Assembly: GCA_039586895.1 (NCBI GenBank)
Contig: JBDHJM010000006.1
Coordinates: 13,079 to 77,078, forward strand
Origin: Gemmatimonadota bacterium
GTDB lineage: Bacteria > Gemmatimonadota > Gemmatimonadetes > Gemmatimonadales > GWC2-71-9
DNA: 64,000 bases
Reading direction: 5' to 3'
In this document: positions 42,796 to 54,908 of the stretch, piece after piece
How positions within the stretch are numbered: the first letter of the stretch is position 1
How the letters are laid out: each line of letters starts with the position of its first letter
Translations under genes and position numbers: made by a program
Notes under the pieces: generated by a model
The model's input: the letters and a program-made list of their open reading frames with translations, nothing else
Databases searched by the model: none
Told to the model about the DNA's origin: nothing

Positions 42796-43658
42796 CTCCC
42801 GGCCAGAACCAGCTCAGCCTGCACGCCGACGTGATCCGATAGGTCGTCCAGTGCCGTGCGGGCGTCGTTCACGATCCATTCGTGCCCAGAGCCGGGGCGA
42901 ACCAGCACGTAGTCGTAGCGCTGATCCGTCTTGGTTTCCTGGTAGGGGAGCGCGGCGTAGCGATTGCGGCTCGGGACCCACGTCGCCGACTGCTCGACCG
43001 GCGTCGGATTGGGCGGCAGGGGATCCGCAAAGCCCGCTCCCATCAGCGCCGCATACTCAGGCGCCATGGCGTTCTCCGTCCCCGGCGGCTCCGGATACCG
43101 TGCTGTAGGTGACGCGTTTATGTCCCCCGCCAGCACCACAGGTCCGCCGTCGGCGTCGGCGTTCGTGGCTTCGAGCAATCGTTCCAACTGAACGCTGCGA
43201 ACGCGCGCATCCTTCGACTTCGTTCCCGCGTAGAGATGCGTCGTCACCAGCGTGACGATCCCGAGCGGCGTCTCAAGCTGCACGATCATCGTCCCCTTGC
43301 GTCCGACTCGCTCGTCGGGCTTGGCGCCCAGATCAGGATGGGGCACGAAACGGCTGCTCCTGATCGGCAGCCGCGACAGAACGAGCAGTCCGCCCGTCGT
43401 GTCTATGGGGACGAGACCCAGGATGCGGCGCGACCGCGTCGCATCGTCAGTGGTCACATATGGCGGGCACAGCTCCCGCAGGAGGCTGCGGCGTCCCCGC
43501 ACGTCGAACATCTCCTGCAGCACGATCACGTCGACGTCCAGCGCCGCGAGCGCCGTGGGCAGCCGCTTCAGACGCCGCCGCTTCTGCTGTGACGGAAGCC
43601 TGATCGGCAGCGCCCATGCGTTGAACGTGACGACCTTGAGGGAGAAGGAGTTCTGCAA
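42792..43658 (-). CDS. Endonuclease/exonuclease/phosphatase family protein (sphingomyelinase-like)
   Basis: TFN, LQE, THL, GDIN, RYDYV, LSDH. Confidence 0.9.
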   Translation of the reverse strand: MQNSFSLKVVTFNAWALPIRLPSQQKRRRLKRLPTALAALDVDVIVLQEMFDVRGRRSLLRELCPPYVTTDDATRSRRILGLVPIDTTGGLLVLSRLPIRSSRFVPHPDLGAKPDERVGRKGTMIVQLETPLGIVTLVTTHLYAGTKSKDARVRSVQLERLLEATNADADGGPVVLAGDINASPTARYPEPPGTENAMAPEYAALMGAGFADPLPPNPTPVEQSATWVPSRNRYAALPYQETKTDQRYDYVLVRPGSGHEWIVNDARTALDDLSDHVGVQAELVLAGR

Positions 43659-43666
43659 GGTGGGAG

Positions 43667-44146
43667 CTACGGCACGTCGGAGTCGAGCGACTCGCCGCCC
43701 AGGCCGAACATTGCCGCAGGGCCGATGATCCGCTGGAACTTGGTGCGCTGCTCCGGCGTGAGCATCGCGTTGACGTCACGCAGGAACACCTGCGTGGCCG
43801 GCAGCAGCTCTGCCAGCGCTGCCGAGTACTTCTGGCTCAGGGCGAGCATTGCTTCGGGCTGGACTTCCCCATCCCTGGCGTAGATGGCCTGCAGCTCCTC
43901 GACCAGCGCCTGGCCCTGCACCAACGCAGCGCCGTGCTCCCGCTGGAACGCCTCCGACAGGGCCGCGATGCGCACTTCCTGATCCGGAGTCAGATCCAGC
44001 TCTTGGGACAGCCGAGCCAGCCGCTCGGGGCTGGCGAACGACAGCGCGCTGCCCACCGGATCGCTGGGCTGTTGGGCGCGGACGGTGGAGGCGAGCGGCA
44101 GCAGTGCCAGCGGCACCAGTGCTGCTGCGCCAAGGAATCGCATCAT
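43667..44146 (-). CDS. Spy/CpxP-like periplasmic helical protein
   Basis: Signal peptide; LDLTPDQ and MLTPEQR (LTxxQ motifs). Confidence 0.75.
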   Translation of the reverse strand: MMRFLGAAALVPLALLPLASTVRAQQPSDPVGSALSFASPERLARLSQELDLTPDQEVRIAALSEAFQREHGAALVQGQALVEELQAIYARDGEVQPEAMLALSQKYSAALAELLPATQVFLRDVNAMLTPEQRTKFQRIIGPAAMFGLGGESLDSDVP

Positions 44147-44235
44147 ACGAGAATCTCCTGAGGCGCTCCTTCAGAGGGCGCCGGTACGCGACAATCTACA
44201 CCCGCTGGCCGGATCGGTGCCGTGAGCGTCGCAAC

Positions 44236-45510
44236 TCACTGCGGCAGGCGCCGCACCATCTCGCTGTCCGCCTCGGGGCCCCGCCGCACCACCACGGCCA
44301 CCCGCTCACCGCGCACCAGCCACCAGTCGTGGGGGTCGAGCGCCGAGGGAGCAGACACGTGCAGGAAGAGGCCGGTGACGTCGAGCGTGTCGAGCGCCGC
44401 CGCGTCGTCCAGATCGCCGGCCTCGTCGAGCGAAAGTCCGGTGCGGGCAACCGGATCGTCGTAAGTGAGCGCCAGGTCGAGGCGCAGCGGCTCGCCGCCC
44501 GGCGTCACCACCCGTCCGCCCCGCATCAGGATGTCTGCCGGAAGACCCCTATTGAAAGGAAGGTCATCGTACGCGGCGGTATCGGCGCCTGCATACCGGC
44601 GCGTGGCTATCGCTTCGAGCGCGGTCAGCAGCAGCAGCACGTTCACACGCCGCAGTTCCTGTTTCTGCGGATCGTCCGGCAGCGCGCCGCTCTCGATCAG
44701 CACGGTGCTGGTGCCCCAGTGCTGCATCAGGTCACCGAACGCGCGGGGCGTGAACGTGTCGTCGTACTTGGCCACGCGGCCGGGGATCTCGGCCGAGACC
44801 GAGCTCGCCAGGACCGCCGCGAGCCGGCGGGCCCGTGTGCGCACCGGTCCCCATGATCGGGCCGAGTCTGCGGCCGGCGCCAGCAGCGCTATGGCGACCT
44901 GCTCGCCGTTTTCTCCGGCGGTGTTGCGCGCCGACTGATCGTGCAGGTTGAAGCCGAAGTCGGCCTGTATGCTGTCGCGCAGGTGCTTGAGCGCCTTCCC
45001 TTCCGGCGTAGCGAGCCTGCGTGCGTCGCGGTTGATGTCCACGCCGGCGGCGTTGTGCCTCTGGAACCGCTGGGCTCCGTCCGGGTTGAGCATCGGCACC
45101 ATCGTGACCGTGAGGCCGTCGCGAATCAGCAGCCGCAGGGGATCGTCGCCGCCTTCGGCGAAGAACCGGATGATGTCCGTGAGCGCCATCGTCGCGGTGG
45201 ATTCGTCCCCGTGCATCTGGGACCACAGCAGAACTGTAGTCGGGCCAGTTCCGAAAGTGACGGCACGAACGGCCCGCCCTTGCACCGACTGCGTGACGGC
45301 ACGCACGCGCACGCCACCGCGGCCGGAGTACGGTGCCAGCACAGCCCAAAGATCCTCGTGAGTGAACCGCCGCTCGTCGATGCCCTCAGCCCTGTACTGT
45401 TCGGCGACGGAGCGGCCCACCAGCTCGCAGCACGTCTCCTGGGCGGCCGCAGGTCCGGCGACCGCCGCGGCGGCCGTTGCGATAACGGTGGAAACGAATG
45501 GCCTTGGCAC
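44236..45510 (-). CDS. M14 family zinc carboxypeptidase, secreted
   Basis: SQMHGDE, NPDG, DINRD, NLHDQ, LIESG. Confidence 0.9.
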   Translation of the reverse strand: MPRPFVSTVIATAAAAVAGPAAAQETCCELVGRSVAEQYRAEGIDERRFTHEDLWAVLAPYSGRGGVRVRAVTQSVQGRAVRAVTFGTGPTTVLLWSQMHGDESTATMALTDIIRFFAEGGDDPLRLLIRDGLTVTMVPMLNPDGAQRFQRHNAAGVDINRDARRLATPEGKALKHLRDSIQADFGFNLHDQSARNTAGENGEQVAIALLAPAADSARSWGPVRTRARRLAAVLASSVSAEIPGRVAKYDDTFTPRAFGDLMQHWGTSTVLIESGALPDDPQKQELRRVNVLLLLTALEAIATRRYAGADTAAYDDLPFNRGLPADILMRGGRVVTPGGEPLRLDLALTYDDPVARTGLSLDEAGDLDDAAALDTLDVTGLFLHVSAPSALDPHDWWLVRGERVAVVVRRGPEADSEMVRRLPQ

Positions 45511-45565
45511 GTGGACGCCTTCCTGTCGATGCAGTTAGGAGCAGAAACGCTGACGGCTAAAGAAG

Positions 45566-45591
45566 AGCGGGCTCGCTCACGCGAGCCCGCT
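45566..45591 (-). terminator. Terminator downstream of tRNA-Cys
   Basis: AGCGGGCTCGC-TCAC-GCGAGCCCGCT perfect 11-bp stem, followed on minus strand by CUUCUUU. Confidence 0.7.
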
Positions 45592-45593
45592 AG

Positions 45594-45665
<72 letters not shown>

Positions 45666-45863
45666 GGTCGAACCTGAAAAATCACCCCGGGCGGCTCCTT
45701 TCTCAAGCGGCCGCCCGGGACCTGCGCCGATCACACTAGGCCAGCGGCTGCCCTTCGGCCGCACTCCTGGCGGCGTTCCCAATAGTCACCATCGCGGGCC
45801 CGCGAACAGCCCCATGGCGAAGGCGGACCATTGTGTTCCTCCGATGGGAGTCCCGCGGAGAAT

Positions 45864-47672
<1,809 letters not shown>

Positions 47673-47864
47673 CGGGCCCCTTGGAACCGGGCAGAATCGC
47701 CCCGGTTACTGTTACCCCCTGCGGCCGGGGAGGATGTGAGCGCCCTCACCGTCGGCGGCCGCTGACACAGTCTCTCGGGCGGCACCGGAGAGCGCCCGGA
47801 AACACTGCGTGCCTGCAGCCGATCAGCCGCAGGAAAATCGGATGGCGTATGTCCCCATTTCGTC

Positions 47865-48836
47865 TCAGTCAGGGAGATAGCGTTTGGGGAACTTCGCCAC
47901 CACGGTGTAGGCCGGGTCCACTATGTTCGCCACCGAGCTCTCGGCCAGCTGGCTCAACACCTGGTAGGCGTCCCAGCGGCTGAAGCCGTACTCCTGCAGC
48001 CACTCCACCAGCTCCACGTGCGCAAGCCGGAAGGCGTCTATCAGGGGCCGCGCGCTGCCGGCCACCATGATGTGCTCGTCGTCCTCCAGTCGGGGCCAAT
48101 CGATGGTCTTTCCCTTGATGAGGTCTATCTCGAGCACCACATCCGCCGACGTCTCCAGACCAGTGCCCGAGATCTCGCCGTAGCCCTGCTTGGCGTGGAT
48201 GTCACCGAAGTAGAAGTACGCTCCGTCGTGGAAGATCGGCAGGTACACCGTGGTGCCCTCGCGCACCTCGGGCGCGTCCATGTTGCCGCCGAAGTCGCCG
48301 GGCCACAGGCCGCCGAAGGCCTCCTCACCGCGGGGGGCCACCGCCACCCGCCCCAGCATGGGCGCCAGCTCGATCTCGATCTCATCGATCTCGCTGTCGT
48401 GCAGCCTGGTGGTGGCAGTCATCCGCTCCCGGTCGATGTGCCACACGTAGCGCCGCTCCGGGATCGGGTCGTTGAGCAGCCGCACCCTGTTGTCGGTGGC
48501 CAGTCCGCCGAACGTCGAGTAGATGCGCGACGCCGCGATGTCGTGGTTCAGTTCGAGCTTCACTATGCGCACCACGAGAACGTCGTTGGTCGTGGCCCCT
48601 TCCACGTAGATCGGGCCGACCTCACCCGGGAATGCTCCGCCCTCCTCCGTGTAGTACGCGTCGAAGTTGGTGCGGGAGATGAGCACTGTGCCGGGCCGGA
48701 TGGTGAGCACCGGCTCCCGCACCGCGAACGTGGGCTGCTGCACGGTGGGCTCGAAGCGAACTGTATCCTGGGCTGCGAGGTCGGCGCAGCACACGCCAGC
48801 GAGTGCGGCCAAGACGAACACGGATCGGGCACGCAT
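47865..48836 (-). CDS. Acetamidase/formamidase family protein with signal peptide
   Basis: GPIYVEGA, GGNMD, GDIHAKQGYGEISGTGLE. Confidence 0.9.
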   Translation of the reverse strand: MRARSVFVLAALAGVCCADLAAQDTVRFEPTVQQPTFAVREPVLTIRPGTVLISRTNFDAYYTEEGGAFPGEVGPIYVEGATTNDVLVVRIVKLELNHDIAASRIYSTFGGLATDNRVRLLNDPIPERRYVWHIDRERMTATTRLHDSEIDEIEIELAPMLGRVAVAPRGEEAFGGLWPGDFGGNMDAPEVREGTTVYLPIFHDGAYFYFGDIHAKQGYGEISGTGLETSADVVLEIDLIKGKTIDWPRLEDDEHIMVAGSARPLIDAFRLAHVELVEWLQEYGFSRWDAYQVLSQLAESSVANIVDPAYTVVAKFPKRYLPD

Positions 48837-48933
48837 GAGGTCCTCCGAGGGTGATGCCGGAGGGTCGAATCTGGCGCGCAAAGTGGGCGGCCGGAAGGTG
48901 ACCGGCCGCGGCATCGGGATGTAGCTTGGAGGC

Positions 48934-49632
48934 ATGTGCGGCCGCTTCTCACAGGCTCAGATCGCGGAGCTGGACCGCGAGGTGTTCGAGCTGCTCTCAG
49001 TACCCCGGCTCGAGCCGCGCTACAACGTCGCCCCGACTCAGGATGCCGCCGTCGTCCGGGTCGGCCGCACCAGGGAGCGGGAGCTGGTGCCGCTGCGCTG
49101 GGGGCTGATCCCCTCCTGGGCGAAGGATTCCGCCATCGGCAACCGCATGATCAACGCCCGTGCCGAAACGCTCGCCGAAAAGCCGGCGTTCAGGGAGGCG
49201 TTCGCGGAGCGTCGCTGTCTGGTGCCGGCCGACGGCTTCTATGAGTGGGAGAAGATGCGGCACCGCAAGCAGCCCCACTACGTCCGTGTGGGGGGCGGCC
49301 AGGTGTTCGCATTCGCCGGGCTGTGGGAGCGCTGGTGGGACAGGGCGAGCGGCGCGCAGCGCGAGACGTTCACGATCGTGACGACCGAGCCCAACACCCT
49401 CCTGGAGCCGATCCACAACCGCATGCCCGTGATCATCGCCCCCGACGACTACGACCGGTGGCTCGATCCGGAGAACCGCGACGCAGCGTCGCTGTCGGAC
49501 CTTCTCGCCCCCTACCCGCCGGAGCGGATGAGCGCCTACCCGGTGAGCACCTACGTGAACAAGCCGGAGAACGAAGGTCCGGAGTGCGTGCGCCCGCTGG
49601 ACCAGCAGCCGGACCTGCTCACGCCTCCGTAG
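48934..49632 (+). CDS. SOS response-associated peptidase (SRAP, YedK/HMCES family)
   Basis: MCGRF, RYNVAPTQ, INARAET, GFYEW, IHNRMPV. Confidence 0.95.
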   Translation: MCGRFSQAQIAELDREVFELLSVPRLEPRYNVAPTQDAAVVRVGRTRERELVPLRWGLIPSWAKDSAIGNRMINARAETLAEKPAFREAFAERRCLVPADGFYEWEKMRHRKQPHYVRVGGGQVFAFAGLWERWWDRASGAQRETFTIVTTEPNTLLEPIHNRMPVIIAPDDYDRWLDPENRDAASLSDLLAPYPPERMSAYPVSTYVNKPENEGPECVRPLDQQPDLLTPP

Positions 49633-49674
49633 GGCGACACTGGGGCGCCCGCCTGAACGCCGCGCCCGTGCAGG

Positions 49675-51351
49675 CTAGAACGGGAACGCACGTCCGAAGC
49701 TGATCGCCCAGCGGCTGCCGGACCACCCCTCCCCGAAGCGGTACGCCAGGTCGAGCCGCCCTACGTTGGGTCCAGTGCCGCGCGTGGCACCGAAGCGCAG
49801 GCCGAAGCCCACGTTGCCCCCGAAGCGCGCATCCTGACCGAGCGGCGGGTCCCTTCCCGCAACGTCATCCTCGGTTTCCGAGTACCAAGCTCCTCCGTAG
49901 TCCACGAACGCTGCGAAGCCCAGCCCCATGAAACCGAACAGCTCGTCGATCAGGAAGGCGCGCTGCTCCAGCGTGCCCCAGATCATTCGGTCGCCGGTGA
50001 ACGAGTGCGCCGGGAACGCACGAGGGCCGAACAGGAGTCCGAGGTCGAACTCCAACCCCGGCGGCGTGCCCCGGCGCGCTCCCCCCTCGATGTGCAGCAC
50101 CGTGGAGTTCTTCCTGATGAACTGGCCCACCAGGGTGCCGGTCGCGACGACCGTGCCCGAATCGAGGCCGGCGGAGGTTATGAGACCGGTCGCCGCAACA
50201 TCCACCCACCCGAACAGCTTCCCCAGAGAGCCGCCCGTGCGTGCCACCAGCACCGGCCCGATGCCGTTCTCGCGGAAGCCGAAGTCGTCGGGGGCGAACC
50301 AGACGCCCAGGATCACGTCTGTGGAGAGGTCCACGTCCACCTCCCGCGCGAACCCGTTGTAGTGGGTCACCACCTTGTAGCGGGGGTCCCTGAAGTTCAT
50401 CCATCCCCCGAGGGAAAACTGCACGGTATCGGGAACGGTGGGACTGATGTCGTCGCACAGCGGAGCCGTGGATGCCGTGTCCGCGCTGACGTTGCACTGT
50501 ATGTACTCCTCGCGCTTGATCTGCGCAGCCACGCCGAAGCGCAGGAAGCCCGCTGGCGACGCGCTGGTCGCCACTCCGCCCACTGCGAACTGCCGCGTCG
50601 TTCGCCGCTGGAATTCGCGCGAGTAAACGTCGCCATTGGCCTCGAATCCCTCGGCCGAGTCGCTGCGGAACTGCAGGATGCGCTGGTTCCCGGCGTTGCC
50701 CGGCAGCTCGAGGCCCCACCGGTCCGAGTTGGAGCGGAACGGCACGCCCACGTTCCACACACCGAACTTGCCGTCGCTCAGCGCGTCGTAGAAGCCGTCC
50801 ACTCCGGCCCGAGTGCCGCCGATGCGTTCCATTCCGCCACTCAGCCGGAACGCCGACCGGTCTACCTCCTTGCGGTACGAGACGCCGCCCCTGGCGCCGG
50901 TGCCCAGGAGGTTGCGCTCCTCGGCGCCCACGGCCCACACGAACTGCCCCGCCGAGAAGTTGGCGTTGAGGTTGATCGAGGTGGTCCAGCCGTCGGAGGT
51001 GAGCACGCGCACCGCGAGCTTGTCGTCGATGCGCAGGGTGTCGATCTCCACCGCGCGGAACAGGCCGCGGGCGCGCAGGTTGCGCGTCGTCTCCGCGATC
51101 TTGAGAGGGTCGTACGGCTCGCCGGCCGCGAACAGCAGCTCGGCGCGCACCACCGACTGACGCGTCGTCACATGCAGCCCGTTGGTGAGCCGGTACAGCC
51201 AGCTGCGCGCCGCTTCCTCCGGGCTGTAGATGTCGTGGGTGATGACGATGACCGTGTCGATAATGGGTCCGGCAGGCGCCTCCTGCCCGCGCACCGGCGC
51301 GGGCGCGAGCATCAGCATGCCGAGCACCACCCCCCGCCTCAGCAGCATCAC
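49675..51351 (-). CDS. Omp85/BamA-TamA-like outer-membrane protein
   Basis: Signal peptide, POTRA-like region (ETTRNLR), ERNLLGTG, FVDYGGAW, terminal Phe. Confidence 0.75.
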   Translation of the reverse strand: MMLLRRGVVLGMLMLAPAPVRGQEAPAGPIIDTVIVITHDIYSPEEAARSWLYRLTNGLHVTTRQSVVRAELLFAAGEPYDPLKIAETTRNLRARGLFRAVEIDTLRIDDKLAVRVLTSDGWTTSINLNANFSAGQFVWAVGAEERNLLGTGARGGVSYRKEVDRSAFRLSGGMERIGGTRAGVDGFYDALSDGKFGVWNVGVPFRSNSDRWGLELPGNAGNQRILQFRSDSAEGFEANGDVYSREFQRRTTRQFAVGGVATSASPAGFLRFGVAAQIKREEYIQCNVSADTASTAPLCDDISPTVPDTVQFSLGGWMNFRDPRYKVVTHYNGFAREVDVDLSTDVILGVWFAPDDFGFRENGIGPVLVARTGGSLGKLFGWVDVAATGLITSAGLDSGTVVATGTLVGQFIRKNSTVLHIEGGARRGTPPGLEFDLGLLFGPRAFPAHSFTGDRMIWGTLEQRAFLIDELFGFMGLGFAAFVDYGGAWYSETEDDVAGRDPPLGQDARFGGNVGFGLRFGATRGTGPNVGRLDLAYRFGEGWSGSRWAISFGRAFPF

Positions 51352-52187
51352 CCTGCGCCGCTGAGTTCAGCCACCGATTCGATCACCTTGTCGGGAGTGA
51401 CGCCGCTCGTCTCGAGCGCATCCTCCCGGTACTTGCCCGTACGCACGAGCCACCCGCGCAGCCCGGCCTGCTGGCCGCCCCGGACGTCGTTCCACAGGTC
51501 GTCGCCCACCATGGCGCACGGAGTGCCTGCGCCTGCGCCTGCGCCTGCGCCTTCGACCGACGAGAGCACACCGTGGAAGAAGGCCGGGTTGGGCTTGCCG
51601 CACACAACTGCCTTGCGGTCCGTCGCGTACTCGAGCGCCGCCACCCAGGGCCCCGCGTCCAGCTCGATGCCGTCCGCCGCGAGCCAATAGCGGCCCTTCT
51701 GCAGCGCGATGAGCTGCGCTCCGTCCATCACGTAGCGGAACGCCTCGTTGAGGAGCTGCGGGGTCCACTCGCTGCCGAGATCGCCGACCAGAACAGCGTC
51801 CGGTGCTGCATCCGGCACTCCGCCCGCGAGTCCGCCGGCCAGCTCGAATTCGGCCAGGTCCTCCAGGGCCGGTTTGGAGACGAACGGCGCCACCGTTCCG
51901 ATCCCCAGCTGCCGCAGATACGCGGCGGTGGCCAGGACAGCGCCGAACACCTCGTGGTCCTCGACCGCGAAGCCGTAGCCCCGCAGCCGCTCGACGAGCT
52001 GGCTCCGGGGCCGCCGGGTGGTGTTGGTGACGAAGCGCAAAGGAACGCCCCGGCGCCTGAGATCGTCGATCGCGTCGACGGCGCCGGGGATCGCACCCGC
52101 TTCGGTGTAGAGGGTTCCGTCTAAATCAAAGAGTAAGGCAGCAACGGCCTCGCCTAGTACTTCCCGAGGTACCGGTCGACCTCCCAC
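51348..52187 (-). CDS. HAD-IIA family hydrolase (LHPP-like)
   Basis: FDLDGTL, TNTT, GKP, MVGDD...DV, VRTGKY; start uncertain, overlaps glnA end. Confidence 0.9.
   Translation of the reverse strand: MGGRPVPREVLGEAVAALLFDLDGTLYTEAGAIPGAVDAIDDLRRRGVPLRFVTNTTRRPRSQLVERLRGYGFAVEDHEVFGAVLATAAYLRQLGIGTVAPFVSKPALEDLAEFELAGGLAGGVPDAAPDAVLVGDLGSEWTPQLLNEAFRYVMDGAQLIALQKGRYWLAADGIELDAGPWVAALEYATDRKAVVCGKPNPAFFHGVLSSVEGAGAGAGAGTPCAMVGDDLWNDVRGGQQAGLRGWLVRTGKYREDALETSGVTPDKVIESVAELSGAG
51525..51552. repeat. Hexanucleotide tandem repeat (GCCTGC) x ~4.7 within HAD gene
   Basis: Encodes an Ala-Gly run just before MVGDD. Confidence 0.8.
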
Positions 52188-53557
52188 TGACTCACCTGTG
52201 CCGTGTAGGCCCGCCACTCTTCCCGCTTCGCCTCCAGGAACATCTGATAGATGTGGTCGCCCAGGGCATCCCGGACCACCTTGTCCTTCTCCAAATAGTC
52301 CAGCGCCTCGTGCAGATCGCGCGGCAGCTCGTCTATGCGGAAGCGGCGCCGTTCGCGATGGCTCATCGTGAAGATATTCTTGTTGACCGGCTCCGGCGGT
52401 GTGAGCTCGTTCTTGACGCCGTCCATGCCGGCTGCCAGCTGCACGGTGAGACCAAGATACGGGTTCGCGGACGGATCCGGCATCCTCAGCTCACACCTGG
52501 TGCCGTGCCCGCGCCGCTCCGGGATCCGCACCAGGGGCGAGCGGTTCCGCATGCTCCACGCCACGTTCACCGGAGCCTCGTATCCCGGCACCAGCCGCTT
52601 GTAGCTGTTCACCAGCGGGTTGGTGATGGCGCAGAAGCCGCGCGCGTGCTTGAGCAGGCCCGCTATGTAGGCGAGCGCCACCGGTGAGAGCTGGTGCTTG
52701 CCGTCCGCGTCGAAGAACGCGTTGTCGCCGTCGCGGAACAGCGACTGGTGTGTGTGCATGCCGGAGCCGTTCTGCCCGAAGATCGGCTTGGGCATGAACG
52801 TGGCCGCGAATCCGTGCCGGTATGCCACGTTCCGCACGATGAAGCGGAAGGTCGCCAGGTTGTCGGCGGTCGTCAGCGCGTCGGCATAGCGGAAGTCAAC
52901 CTCGTGCTGGCCCTCGGCCACCTCGTGGTGCCCCGCCTCGACCTCGAAGCCCAGGTTCACCAGGTCGTCGATGATCAGGCGGCGGATCGGCTCCGCCCGG
53001 TCAGCCGGCGCCAGGTCGAAATAGCCGCCCTCGTCGTGCGTCTCCAGCATCGGGTAGCCGCGCTCGTCCATGTGGAAGATGAAGAACTCCGCTTCCACGC
53101 CTGCCATCATCTCGTAGCCCAGCTTCTTGGCATCCTCGATCTGGCGCTTGAGCGCGCCGCGGGGACAGCCGGGGAAGGGCGTCTCGTCAGGCTCGTAGAT
53201 GTCGCAAATCAGCCGCGCTACTCTCCCGCCTTCGTCATCATATGGGAAGATCTTGAAGGTCCCGAGATCGGGCTTGAGGATCATGTCGCTCTCCTCGATC
53301 CGCACGAAGCCCTCGATCGAGGAGCCGTCGAACATGATCTCGCCGTCCAGCGCCTTCTGGAACTGACTGCGCGGCACCTCGACGTTCTTGTTTATCCCGG
53401 TGATGTCGGTGAACTGGAGCCGCAGGAAGTCGACCTGCATCTGATCGCATAGCTGCAGGATGTCGGCCGCGCTCGCGTCCGTGGTGTCGATGTTGTTGTC
53501 GCGCAGGGATGGTTTGTCGGTACGGGTCGGCACGATGATGCTGTTCTGTGAGGACAC
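52154..53557 (-). CDS. glnA: Glutamine synthetase type I
   Basis: FDGSSIEGF, HHEVAEGQHE, FMPKP..GQNGSGMH, NSYKRLVPGYEAP, ELRMPD; GTG after AAGGAG. Confidence 0.96.
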   Translation of the reverse strand: MSSQNSIIVPTRTDKPSLRDNNIDTTDASAADILQLCDQMQVDFLRLQFTDITGINKNVEVPRSQFQKALDGEIMFDGSSIEGFVRIEESDMILKPDLGTFKIFPYDDEGGRVARLICDIYEPDETPFPGCPRGALKRQIEDAKKLGYEMMAGVEAEFFIFHMDERGYPMLETHDEGGYFDLAPADRAEPIRRLIIDDLVNLGFEVEAGHHEVAEGQHEVDFRYADALTTADNLATFRFIVRNVAYRHGFAATFMPKPIFGQNGSGMHTHQSLFRDGDNAFFDADGKHQLSPVALAYIAGLLKHARGFCAITNPLVNSYKRLVPGYEAPVNVAWSMRNRSPLVRIPERRGHGTRCELRMPDPSANPYLGLTVQLAAGMDGVKNELTPPEPVNKNIFTMSHRERRRFRIDELPRDLHEALDYLEKDKVVRDALGDHIYQMFLEAKREEWRAYTAQVSQWEVDRYLGKY

Positions 53558-53625
53558 GGTCGCTCCTTCTCTCTGCAGCGTGGCTGGTGGCGGCTGGTCC
53601 CGCACCGGGCGCGACGGGACGGACA

Positions 53626-53654
53626 ATCTTAGTAGAGACAGTGCGATGTGTCAA
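53626..53654 (-). promoter_or_regulatory. sigma70 promoter of glnA
   Basis: Minus strand TTGACA (53654-53649), 17-nt spacer, TAAGAT (53631-53626). Confidence 0.7.
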
Positions 53655-53788
53655 GAAAAACGGGTAAAATTCGCCCGAAACAGGGTGCGCATTGTCGGGA
53701 TTGTGGAAAATTCGAGCGCAGTGCTCTGGGAATCGTGCAGATTTGGTGGTTATATGAGAACGGCTATGTCGTGCGGATTTTTCCCGAT

Positions 53789-54088
53789 TCAGCCGTCCAG
53801 CGAGCCCAGCAGGGTCCACAGCTCCTGCGCTGAGAACTCCGCAAAGCGGGCCTCGATGTCCTTCTCGTCCCACTCGAGGAAGATCCAGCCGGAAAGCCGG
53901 TGCAGGTTGCCGCCTATGAAGTGGATGCGGCCGCGGATCGCTCCCACCTCGGGGTCGGGCACGGTCTCGAGCAGCACGTCCCACCGGCTGTCACCGCGCT
54001 CCAGCTCCCCCATCTGGCGGGCCTTGATCTGATTCCACGGCGGATCGAAGCGCGTGGATTTCTGTTGATCCTCGGAGTCCGCGCTCAT
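53789..54088 (-). CDS. Hypothetical protein
   Basis: 99-aa ORF with natural codon pattern filling the intergenic space. Confidence 0.65.
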   Translation of the reverse strand: MSADSEDQQKSTRFDPPWNQIKARQMGELERGDSRWDVLLETVPDPEVGAIRGRIHFIGGNLHRLSGWIFLEWDEKDIEARFAEFSAQELWTLLGSLDG

Positions 54089-54206
54089 GCGCGCTACAGT
54101 AATGCCCTCCTGGCGGGGGCGCTAGGAGCCGTGTCACCCGCGCGCTGCTATATTACCCGGTTCCAAACGACACTCAGGACCTCGCAGCAAGGAACGGTTT
54201 CCTAAT

Positions 54207-54908
54207 ATGAGCACGACAACCGGAAATTCCTGCGCCAACTGCGGCGCATCGCTCTCCGCGCAGGCCAAGTTCTGCCACGCGTGCGGACAGCCCGCGGCCA
54301 CGCAGCAGCGGCGCGGCCCCAACTTCCTGTGGATCATCGGCGGCTTCGTGGTCGTCGTGGTCCTCGTTGCAATCGCCTACTCGGCCGGGCAGCGCGCGGG
54401 TCAGGCCCCGACCGCCGGCGGCGCACCGCCCAGCGCTGGCGCACCGGGGGGCGCCATGCCCGACCTCGCCTCGATGTCGCCGCGCGAGCAGGCCGACCGG
54501 CTCTTCAACCGGGTCATGACCGCGCACCAGAACGGCAACGTAGAAGAGATCAACCTGTTCAAGCCGATGGCGCTGCAGGCGTACGACGTCATGGGCCCGC
54601 TCGATCCCGACGCTCACTATCACGTAGGGCTGATCCACTCGATCTCGGGGAGTACGGACTCGGCCGCCGCGCGGGCCGACTCGATCGAAGCCGCCGTGCC
54701 CAACCATCTGCTGGCCATCATGCTGCGCACTTCGGTAGCGCGGCTCGCGGGCGACGCGCCCACCGAGCAGCAGCTCGAGCGCCGCTTCCTCGACAACTAT
54801 GACGCCCAGATGGCCAGCGGCCGGCAGGAATACCTCGACCACCAGCGCGCCATAGACACGTACAAGACGCAGGCCGAGCTGGACCTCGGGGTGGCGAGCG
54901 GCGGCTGA
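54207..54908 (+). CDS. Zinc-ribbon domain membrane protein
   Basis: CANCG...AKFCHACG, TM helix, helical C-terminal domain. Confidence 0.8.
   Translation: MSTTTGNSCANCGASLSAQAKFCHACGQPAATQQRRGPNFLWIIGGFVVVVVLVAIAYSAGQRAGQAPTAGGAPPSAGAPGGAMPDLASMSPREQADRLFNRVMTAHQNGNVEEINLFKPMALQAYDVMGPLDPDAHYHVGLIHSISGSTDSAAARADSIEAAVPNHLLAIMLRTSVARLAGDAPTEQQLERRFLDNYDAQMASGRQEYLDHQRAIDTYKTQAELDLGVASGG

Noticed and set aside
48934-49632. SRAP gene as a sign of prophage or mutagenesis cassette
   Set aside because: Neighbours are housekeeping genes; no phage or imuABC genes
51525-51552. GCCTGC repeat as a contingency locus
   Set aside because: Unit is a multiple of three in a probable surface loop; slippage would not switch the gene
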